A DNA stretch of 64,000 nt from Eledone cirrhosa. Taxonomy: Eukaryota. This document shows, in pieces, positions 54,057-64,000 of this stretch. The stretch lies in contig OZ024741.1 of the NCBI GenBank assembly GCA_964016885.1, forward strand, positions 134,106,001 through 134,170,000, read 5' to 3'. A program made the position numbers and the translations under genes. The notes under the pieces are model-generated. The model worked only from the letters and a program-made list of their open reading frames with translations, had not been told where the DNA came from and did no database searches. Positions within the stretch are counted from its first letter, which is position 1; each line of letters starts with the position of its first letter.

Positions 54057-55743
54057 ATCAGTATGGGCGCGACGGATTCGGCCGAGGTCACAGATCTTAT
54101 AGGATTATTCCTACTATTTAAACTCACCGAAATGTTTCCTGCATTCGGTGGTGGATTGTACCGGGATGACAGGCTACTCACCCTCAAAGGGTACAACCCC
54201 AGTAGTACAGACCGGGTCCGTAAACAACTAATCAACTTCTTCCGGGACTGGGGATTTAAAATCACCCTACAAACGTCCCTAACCCGAGTCAATTTCCTGG
54301 ACGTTACCCTGAACCTCGAAAATGATCTGTACTACCCATACAGGAAACCAAACGACAACCTGCACTACACCCACCGCCGCTCTAACCATCCTAGAAACAT
54401 CACCAATAACCTGGTTAAAAACATCTCCCTCCGCATATCTCGTTTGTCCGCTAATGAGCAGATATTCGACGAACTCGCGCCTCATTACAACCAGGCCCTC
54501 AAGCGGAGTGGCTTCCGGGAGGAAATATCCTTTTATCCAGCTTCCCTTAGCGGAACCAGCAGGCGACACCGCCGCTCACGTAACGTAACGTGGTTCAGAC
54601 ACCTCCAACAAAGCTTATATAGGATTAACCGCGTTTGACTTCAAGACCCGGCTCTACCAACACCGACACACTTTCCGAAACCCGGTTCGGCGACATGCCA
54701 CTACACTTTCGGGCCACATCTGGGACATCCAAGATAACAATATAACCTACAATCTCACTTGGTGCTTACTGTCCAGAGCTAACTCTTACACGGGAGGACG
54801 CCGTCCGTGTAACTTATGCACGGAGGAAACATTACAAATGCTGTTTTCGAAGGACCAACTCCTAAACAAGAAAGACGAATTGCTAACCGCATGCAAACCA
54901 GATTGCGCAGGACTTACTTCGCCCTCAAACCCTATAACGACCCGGGTGGGTAGACAAGGGCTGATACCTCCCACACACACTTGCCAAATAAGTTAGGGGA
55001 AACCCCAGCTTACATAGGTAAATGTATCTCTTTTCTTTTCCTCTTTGTCTCCTTCTTCCCCCTGTCTCAACCTATCACTTCCTTCCACCCCCTATTTTCT
55101 TCCTCGTCTGCTTTCCCCTTTCGCTTACCCCGATCAGCCCATCGGGCTTTGTAGCATCAGTTCCCCCATCCCTGTTATTTTAAGATAGAATTGGCCGAAT
55201 ACGTTTGACTAACTACTTATAGCAGATGTGTTAAAACCCCTTTAAGTTTGTATCTGCTTTGTAATTTCTATAAGTTTTTTATATTCTCAACTTATTAACC
55301 TGTAATTCTAAGATAGCATTGTGATTTCTTTATTCATTTCTCTCTAATTTTATATATTTTTTTTATTTTTTTTTATTTCTTTCTAGTATCTTTTATTGTC
55401 TCCTACTCTCTTTCGATTTACCTATTCTATAACCTCCCTCCCCCACTTCATACACTATCCTTAGAATCTGAAGTATACATATCACTTTCAACACTTGACC
55501 GCTCCACTCACTCCCCTATTGTTCTACAGGCAAGTTCAGCCACCCCTACCTCCCACCAAATGCCATGATAGACTTATTTGTGTTTACAACAAATTTTAAC
55601 CAATCCTCTTGACAACTACAATCTTCCCATATAAGGAAGTACCCCCTTGAAAAGTTCGGCTATTTATTCACCAGGCTAAAAATTCTAATTTAGCCGTCGA
55701 AACGGCTTGAGCTCTGCCGTCGGGGGTCATACTTTTTTCTATG
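54051..55743 (+). mobile_element. Penelope-like element, right inverted arm, 5'-truncated
   Basis: RT ORF 54063-54638; GIY-YIG remnant YIGLTAFDFKTRLYQHRHTF; 3' region is the reverse complement of 51441-52600; ends in (TA)n. Confidence 0.9.
55641..55727 (+). ncRNA. Type I hammerhead ribozyme (U3-A8 core) at right arm end
   Basis: accccc-TTGAAAA-g tt cggcta...tagccg t c-GAAA-cggc ttgagctct gccg-TC-gggggt; predicted cut after 55721. Confidence 0.75.
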
Positions 55744-55788
<45 letters not shown>

Positions 55789-55847
55789 TATAGAGTAAAG
55801 CATGTCCAGAGAATTATTTGATAATATATATACATCATTTCTACTCC

Positions 55848-55928
<81 letters not shown>

Positions 55929-55949
55929 GGAAAGAGAGAGAGAGAGAGT

Positions 55950-56230
55950 GGAGGCACATGGCCTAGTGGTAAGAGTGTTGGACTTACGATCATAATGTCG
56001 TGGGTTCGATTCCTGGGTTGCGTGTTGTGTTCTTGAGAAAAACACTTCCTTTCACATTGTTCCAATATACTCAGCTGAAAATGAGTACCAGCAATAGCTG
56101 GGGGTTTAACCCTGCGATAGACTGGCCTCCTGTCCAGGGAAGTGCCTTTTATTATCAGTTTCTTCACACCATGAAACCAGGATAAGCACTGGCCAAATGA
56201 GCCTTCTGGCTTAAGACAGACTTTAGACTT
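55950..56230 (+). mobile_element. tRNA-SINE group A, AGACTTT-tail variant
   Basis: A box TGGCCTAGTGG, B box GGTTCGATTCC, tail GCCTTCTGGCTTAAGACAGACTTTAGACTT. Confidence 0.9.
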
Positions 56231-56245
56231 ATATATATATATATA

Positions 56246-56580
56246 CTAGCGACCTCCCAGCCTTCACCCTGGTCTTTACTGTGCTCAAATCTATTCATAA
56301 GGCACCTGTTGAACTTCAGTATATGCAATGTTTTTAACTTTTTTATTTGGAGCATATATGAAGAGTTTCTGAGGACTTCTTACTCTGAAACGACCTACAT
56401 ACAATTGACCATGTGAGAAACAGTCTTCTTCTAGATGGAGACTGACAACCTGCAGTGTTTGACTTTGGGACTTGTTAATGGTCATTGCATAATGACTCTC
56501 ACTGGGAATTGCAATCGTTTGAATCAAAAGAGGACAGCTGTTGATATTAATGGTATTCTATCATAGGTATAAATATGATG
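56246..56580 (-). mobile_element. 3' end of an autonomous Helitron (Pif1-like helicase C-terminus)
   Basis: YAMTINKSQSQTL..CFSHGQLYV..RV..KNIAY.EV, followed by hairpin CCAGGGTGAAGGCTGG and CTAG|T. Confidence 0.85.
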
Positions 56581-58212
56581 TCTCATTTACCACATCATTT
56601 CTGCGAGATTTTTGTTGATGACATTCACTGTGATGTTTAGGGGTTCAAGGATGGCTCTTTCACACAGCCACTCCTCGTTGGAAAGGTGGATTTCAAAATT
56701 GAAGAACACTTGATTAATTAAGCTAACAATGCTTTCCATTACAGTAGAAAAATGATGAAAGATCAAAACATCCTTAAGTGTAAAGGGATTGCTTTTCTAT
56801 AAATTTAGACGACTGAGAGGTAATTATCTGTAACTGCAAGGGTCTCCCTCCCTTCCTGCCCACAGAGAGCCTGAGGTATGTGGAAAATGACAAGGGAAAA
56901 GGCTGCTAAATATAGCAGTCCAATTCAGCCAAATTCTTTACTCAACCATAAGGGATTAATTAACAAATATACTGAAGATATATACATATATACACAAGTA
57001 TAGACACACATATGCGGGAGTCCAGCAGATACCAATTTTGCTTGATGAAGTAATTAATAAAAATCAATTATTCAGAGCATAATACAAATTATATTTGGGA
57101 AATGCAAATAAGATAAAGAAATATTTACCTATTTACTCAAAGCATCCTTACTGCAGTTTCATTGAGCAATCTCAGCAAATTTTTGCTGTGAAAATCTCAA
57201 ATCATCAGGGAACATTTTCAAACCATTGTCCACATAGCTCTACCCCTCTGTTGGATGCTAATCACATGCTAATTCTCCTGTTAGAAATTACAACTCAGTT
57301 GAATTGTTTCTTGTTTGAAATTCAGCACGTGTACACTTAAATGTAATTCTCAGGGAAATTCAGCATGTGTACTCTTAAATCTAAGTAGTATATGGATAAA
57401 AGCTGGAGGGTAAATTAATTTCAAATAGTATCAATTTTTCTTTGTTTTGTAACATCAAAGACTGTAAAACGACTTTATAAAAGCTAACGCAATATTGTTA
57501 AACCTTCAACTGATACTTTTGTGAGTGTCTGTGTAAAGATCTTTCTTTTATATTATATATAGATAACAATAAACAACAAGAGAGCCTCTGATTCATTACT
57601 TGTCCTGCTAGAAATAGCATCAAAATCTTCCTCTAGGTGGTGAGTACGTTGGGTAATTAGAGCATAAGTCAAAATGATTTGCAGTGTTTCATCCCGCCAA
57701 GGTTAAGTTTCCTTTCATTCTTTCATTGTTCATAAAATAAAATACCAGTCCAGGGCAAAGGATTAACTGAATTATAACGTTGGATGATAACCCTTGCAGT
57801 GTCTGTTGTGGCATTATGTATTTAGAGTTTTTGAATGAGAGACTTGAAACGTCGCCTTGTTTAACACTTTCACCTTCACCTTGGGGTGGCTTGAGCAGAA
57901 TTATCTTTGTTGCAGGCAGTTGAGACTGTTCTCCGGTTTGAGGAAAATGTTTTCCTGCCAATCTTAGAGGCCCTGAGAAAAATAAAGGGTTGTGAGTCTA
58001 CCCTCCATCCCTTGACTAAACGATAAAGAAAAAATAAGGAAAGTACATATTAGACAATATAGTTTGTTCTATATTCGTCTAAAACCTGCTTGATTACTGT
58101 TACAATCCCTTAAAACCTCTACCAGGATTGACGTAGGGCTACCGCAACCCTACTTTTTAAAAAATATAAAGTGAACATAATCAGAATTACACCAATATGC
58201 TGTGAAAAAAAG

Positions 58213-58505
58213 TGGAGGCATGTGGCCTAGTGTTAAGAGTGTTGGACTTACGATCATGATGTCGTGGGTTCGATTCCTGGACTGGGTTGTGTGTTTTGTT
58301 CTAGAGCAAAAACATTTCATTTCATGTTGCTCCAGTATATTCAGCAAAAAATGAGTACCAGCAATAGCTTGGTGTTTAACCCTGTGATGGACTGACGTCC
58401 TGTCCAGGGGGGAGTATTACACTCTTAATCGCTTCATGCCACGAAAGTTGGGTTAAACACTGGCTTGATAAACCTCAGAGCTCGAAACAGACTTTAAACT
58501 TAACT
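58213..58505 (+). mobile_element. tRNA-SINE group A, AGACTTT-tail variant
   Basis: Homologous to 55950-56230. Confidence 0.85.
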
Positions 58506-58644
58506 GTGAAGAAAGCGAAATTTAGTTATTGTGTGTTATCCCCCTTGAGGAAATAAGAGTAACTTCCCTTGATGAGACTGTATTAGATTTCTTTGATGAT
58601 GGTTTCCATATAAAGTGGATATCGTTGAGGATGAATTTGAATTA

Positions 58645-58956
58645 CAGTGAAACCTCGGTTCACGAACTTAACTCGTTCTTGAAGACCGTTCGTCACCCGA
58701 ATTATTCGTAAACTAAAACTATTTTTTATACGAAATGTTAAGAAATACAGTGAGAGAGACTGTGTGTGAAAGACTACCACCATAGTAACAAAATTACACA
58801 GCATATGACGCTTTCCCGCCAAAACCCCAAGTTTGTTGCCAACCGTTGTTACCAGCTTGCGTGTTCGCTACTTGAGACACCGCTCGTGAGCCGAGACATT
58901 TTATGTTCGGAAAAATTGTTCGTGATGAGAGGCGTTCGTGAACCGAGGTTCCGTTG
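58645..58956. mobile_element. pogo/Tigger-like MITE
   Basis: TA|CAGTGAAACCTCGGTTCACGAAC ... GTTCGTGAACCGAGGTTCCGTTG|TA with subterminal TTCGT repeats. Confidence 0.85.
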
Positions 58957-59057
58957 TACTATCAGGTTTGACGTAGTGCTACTGAAGTTTAGAATATTTC
59001 AAAAACAAAATGATTTGAAAAGTAGCCCAGAGATACGTGCACTTTTAGCGTATAATA

Positions 59058-59241
59058 ATAATTATTTCTACGTTAGGCACAAGGCCAGCAATTACCCAGT
59101 GCATTACTGGTACTTTATTTTATCGACCCCGTAAGGATGAAAGGCAAAGTTAACCTCGGCGGGATTTGAACTCAGAATGGCAAGGGACGTAACTCTATGT
59201 GTCAAAGCATGGTGTCCGACCCGCTACCAATACTGCCAATC
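59058..59241 (-). mobile_element. tRNA-SINE group B
   Basis: Reverse complement of the 29805-29995 type. Confidence 0.85.
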
Positions 59242-59246
59242 ATGAT

Positions 59247-60853
59247 GAATAATAATAATAATAATAATGAAATTATTGTGTACAGTGCTCAGGTGCACTA
59301 CAACTCGTCAAAGGTGCATGTATAGTACATAGAATAATACACAAATGTCAGGGAAGTGAATAGTTTATGAGTCATGATGTACATGTGTGTATGTGTATGG
59401 AGGGGGAACATTAGGTGTAGTGTTGGCGAATCTCGGGAAGCATGGAGGCCTTAAAGGATGCAGTGTCTCGACAGCTAACAACCGATGCAGGTAGTTTGTT
59501 CCATGCTTCAGCAACTCAGCGTGAAAAAATGTTTCCGAAAGTCATGGGAACTGTACTGTTTTCTGACTTTGTGGGCATGCCCACGTGTGTTAGACACATG
59601 GAAATCAAAAAGGGTGCTCAGGGTTGTTGTTGGCAAGATGGTTAACAATTTTGTGGGTGTTTACCAAGTCAGTTGCCAGGCGTCGGAGCTTCAATGCATC
59701 CAGTCCAGGGAAGCAAGGTGTTCAGAGTATGGTAGATACCTAATGGAGGGTATTCGTTTGGTTGCACATCTCTGAACAGTTTCCAGGCGGTCAATGTTCT
59801 GAGCAAGATAGGGGTTCCAGACTGGTGATGCAAATTCTAAGTGTGGCCGCACCATAGCCATGTACAGCCTTAAATAGATAGCTGGAGAGCGGCTGACAAA
59901 GGTCTTGCTGAGGATGCTAAGACACCCTCGTCCAACGCAAATCGCTGCTGATCGTAATGCCCAGGTCACGTTCACAAGAAGACTTCTTGATATTAGTGCT
60001 GTGGAGGGAGTATATGGACGCTGGGTTTTTACTCCCAAAATGCATGGTGGTGCACTTGTCCACAGCTAGCTTGAGTTGCCAGTCTGAGATCCATTGTTGC
60101 ATTGTGTCCAGGTCAGACTGCAAGCAAGATCTATAGTGTTCAGGATCTGTCCTTTTTATCTCAAGGTACAGCTTGATGTCATCTGCGTACTTTAGTACTG
60201 TGGCATTCTTTAAGTTGGCATCTATGTCATTAATATATGCCTCAAACAAAAGGGGGCCAAGAACAGATCCCTGTGGTACACCAGATGACATCTCATATGG
60301 TGAGGAATGCTGTCCCAGAACCGTGACTACCTCTCTTCAACTGAGAATGAAGGACTTCAACCAGTTAAAAAGATCATCCTTCACACTCATTGCAGAGTTT
60401 TGCCATAAGCCTTTTGTGTAGCACAGAATTGAAAGCTTTCGCAAAGTCAAGGTAAACAACATCCACCCATGAGCCGCCATCAGTGATCCGGGTGATGTCT
60501 TCAAGAAACTCGATAAGTTGATCACAGCAGCTGGAGTTGAGGATAAATCCAAATTGCGAGGGCCGGAGAAGACTGAGAGTTCCAGAAGTGCCAAAGTGTT
60601 TCTCTGACACAGGATTCTATCAGTTTGGAAATGCAACTAGTAAGACTGACTGGACGATAGTTCACAGGTGATGTGCGGTCACCCTTTTTGAACAGAGGAA
60701 TGACACTGGCAGTTTTCCACTATTCTGGAGTAGCACCGTTGTTCAGACAGAGTTGGAAGAAGCGTGATAACTGGTGCAGAAGGAAGTACCCACCACGTTT
60801 AAGAAGCAGGTACGTAACACCATCAAGACCAGGAGAGGCATGGTTGCGTTTAT
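59247..60853 (-). mobile_element. CR1 LINE, 5'-truncated RT, frameshifted
   Basis: NYRPVSL; QFGF; VYLDFAKAF; SGVPQGSVLGPLLF; KYADDIKLY; VRPHLEFASPVWNPY; (TTA)n tail. Confidence 0.95.
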
Positions 60854-61235
60854 GACACAGTGTGTGACACGGCTGCACCTTTAGATTACGGACACAACTT
60901 ATGAGTGGACTAGAACAACGTGAAATAAAGAATCTTGTTCAAAGACGCAATGGACTGTTCGGTACGGAAATCGAATTCACAACTATTTAACATGTCTTTA
61001 CCACTAGGTCATCCCTAATCGAAGGCATACCAACCGTGACCACCCTGTCTTCTTACTTTACCCATAGTATTCCTTCTTTTCTCTAAGACGATAGAAAAGG
61101 GGTGGAAGGAGGAATGTTGTTAATATGGGAGATGTAAGGAGAAATAACAAATTCTGATAGTACAGATAAACAACACGTACCAACTCTTCTCAATATATGT
61201 ACACACATACACACACACACATATATATATAATAT

Positions 61236-61630
61236 AATTGTTTCTACTTTTGGCACAAGAACAGCAATTACCCAGTGCATTACTGGTACTTTATTTATCG
61301 ACTCCGTAAGAATGAAAGGCAAAGTTAACCTCGGCTGGATTTGAACTCAGAATGGCAAGGGCCGTAACTCTATGCATCAAAGCATGGTGTCCGACTCTCT
61401 ACCGATACTGTCAATCCATCAATATAATATTTTGGCACAAGGACAGCAATTACCCAGTGTATTACTGGTACTTTATTTTATCGACCCCGTAAGGATGAAA
61501 GGCAAAGTTAACCTCGGCGGGATTTGAACTCAGATCATAAAGGGATTTGAACTCAGATCATAAAGGGACGTAACTCTATGCTTCAAAGCATGTTGTCCGA
61601 CTCTTTACCTATACTGCCAATCCACCGCCC
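61236..61630 (-). mobile_element. Two tandem group B SINEs
   Basis: Head, core and tail repeated; local duplication of gggatttgaactcagatcataaa in the second copy. Confidence 0.85.
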
Positions 61631-61641
61631 TAATCCACCAA

Positions 61642-63849
61642 TCTATATATATAAAACTGTGGTTGTCTGTCTGTCTATCGATTTTTGGCACACATCTCCT
61701 CTTAGAATCTCTCACGGAATTGCACCGAAATTGCTATACTTGTACATTGAGCCCTAGCGAAGACATCGGAAAAAAAAATTTCAAATTGACCCACCCTATC
61801 TGACGAAATCGAATATAATGTATCGATTTTTGAGCGTAAGTTATCAGTTATTTCCCTTTGTTCTGTTTACATTGAGCGTCTTACGTAAACAATTACGCTG
61901 GCTTTCTCAGCGTTTAAAATGACATTAACACAATACACGAACGAACAGTTGTCGAGCCAGCAAAATATTGACCTGCAAAATTCATCAGTTCGAACACTAA
62001 GCTTCCGTTTTGCTTCATTTCCATTTAAAAGCATTTTAAAACAATATTTTTACTTGAAAACAAGTCTATTTAAAGACTACGTAAAACAAGCAAATATTTC
62101 GTCGTTAGGCGTGCAGACAGACAGTCGTGCAGACAGATAGTCGTGCAGAGAGGTGATATACGCGTGCAGACAGAAAGTCGTGCAGAGAGGTGATATACGC
62201 GTGCAGACAGATAGTCGTGCAGAGAGGTGATATAGGCGTGCAGACAGACAGTCGTGCAGAGAGGTGATATAGGCGTGCAGACAGACAGTCGTGCAGAGAG
62301 GTGATATAGGCGTGCAGACAGACATCTATATATATAAAACTGTGGTTGTCTGTCTGTCTATCGATTTTTGGCACACATCTCCTCTTAGAATCTCTCACGG
62401 AATTGCACCGAAATTGCTATACTTGTACATTGAGCCCTAGCGAAGACATCGGAAAAAATAAATTTCAAATTGACCCACCCTATGTGACGAAATCGAATAT
62501 AATGTATCGATTTTTGAGCGTAAGTTATCAGTTATTTCCCTTTGTTCTGTTTACATTGAGCGTCTTACGTAAAAAATTACGCTGGCTTTAACAGTTGTCG
62601 AGCCAGCAAAATATTGACCTGCAAAATTCATCAGTTCGAACACTAAGCTTCCGTTTTGCTTCATTTCCATTTAAAAGCATTTTAAAACAATATTTTTACT
62701 TGAAAACAAGTCTATTTAAAGACTACGTAAAACAAGCAAATATTTCGTCGTTAGGCGTGCAGACAGACAGTCGTGCAGACAGACAGTCGTGCAGAGAGGT
62801 GATATACGCGTGCAGACAGATAGTCGTGCAGAGAGGTGATATAGGCGTGCAGACAGACAGTCGTGCAGAGAGGTGATATAGGCGTGCAGACAGACATAAC
62901 TGATAATTTGGTTACGCTAATGTTTTTCTCTGCGTTGCAGTGTTTACATTTTCGATCTTTGTTAATAAATAACCAGTGCAGTTTCTATCCCCAGCATCCT
63001 CTTTTGTTATAACATTCGGGTTATCGTTATGTTTTCTTAACTTCGTAAGGCATATTGTTGGTTGAGGGAATATTAATCAAAAACACCACATGCAAGTCTG
63101 CACAGTAGACACTACAGTTTTTAGGCCAAGAAAGAAATTTAACATTGTAACTTTAACACAGCTTCATCAGTTCGAACACTAAGCTTCCGTTTTGCTTCAT
63201 TTCCATTTAAAAGCCTTTTAAAACAATATTTTTACTTGAAAACAAGTCTATTTAAAGACTACGTAAAACAAGCAAATATTTCGTAAAAAAAAGCAAAAAT
63301 TATATAAGTTTATTTAAAATATATGTATCTGTAAATTTCGTTAGGCGTGCAGACAGACAGTCGTGCAGAGAGGTGATATACGCGTGCAGACAGATAGTCG
63401 TGCAGAGAGGTGATATACGCGTGCAGACAGATAGTCGTGCAGAGAGGTGATATAGGCGTGCAGACAGATAGTCGTGCAGAGAGGTGATATAGGCGTGCAG
63501 ACAGATAGTCGTGCAGAGAGGTGATATAGGCGTGCAGACAGACATAACTGATAATTTGGTTACGCTAATGTTTTTCTCTGCGTTGCAGTGTTTACATTTT
63601 CGATCTTTGTTAATAAATAACCAGTGCAGTTTTTATCCCCAGCATCCTCTTTTGTTATAACATTCGGGTTATCGTTATGTTTTCTTAACTTCATAAGGCA
63701 TATTGTTGGTTGAGGGAATATTAATCAAAAACACCACATGCAAGTCTGCACAGTAGACACTACAGTTTTTAAGCCAAAAAAGAAACTTAACATTGTAACT
63801 TTAACACAGCTACTGAGCGACCCCGAGCAACGCCGGGCTTTACTGCTAG
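61642..63849 (+). mobile_element. Non-autonomous Helitron with internal duplications and 37 bp minisatellite
   Basis: A|TCTATATATATAAAA start with (TGTC)n; 3' CCCGAGCAACGCCGGG hairpin and CTAG|T; second head at 62325. Confidence 0.85.
62108..62324. repeat. 37 bp minisatellite (also 62754-62896 and 63344-63544)
   Basis: Unit gcagacagacagtcgtgcagagaggtgatataggcgt; period measured between 62221 and 62258. Confidence 0.9.
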
Positions 63850-64000
63850 TATAATATAATTGTTTATACTTTTAGCACAATATACTATAATATGTATCAA
63901 ATTTATGTATCAAAAAATCATCAGGTTACCTCCGATTGAACCCGGTACTCTCACACACACACACACACACATGCAGGTTGTCCATAAAATATCTTCACAA

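Noticed and set aside
56291-56527. Host PIF1 helicase exon
   Set aside because: Degenerate motifs, no splice sites, and followed directly by a Helitron hairpin and CTAG
62108-63544. 37 bp repeats as a CRISPR array
   Set aside because: Head-to-tail units with no unique spacers, inside a Helitron, with no cas genes

Overview
AT-rich, repeat-saturated eukaryotic DNA. The SINE types, (TA)n/(ATC)n load and mollusc-like Bcl-2 tail suggest an octopus/coleoid genome; this is an inference. The only host coding sequence I can support is the last coding exon of a Bcl-2/Bcl-xL-like gene (20496-20636, +; second half of BH2 plus the membrane anchor), so positions 1-20495 are probably one large intron. The rest is mostly mobile elements: a DD37D (maT) transposon with intact TIRs, RTE, CR1, CRE-like and HERO-like LINE remnants, a Gypsy-like RT fragment, Helitrons, pogo/hAT/TTAA MITEs, two tRNA-SINE groups and a 3.1 kb (TA)n array. 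The most interesting signal is a Penelope-like (Naiad-type RT + GIY-YIG) system. One 4.4 kb head-to-head palindromic insertion (51361-55743) carries a type I hammerhead ribozyme at each end. Eight more small, sequence-divergent inserts in or beside (TA)n tracts share parts of the same design: a whole or partial hammerhead, an inverted arm, and a one-sided 65-85 nt tail with a conserved TATTGAGTACT motif. Three unrelated families carry the compensated U3-A8 (UUGAnAA) hammerhead core. All folding and alignment was done by eye.
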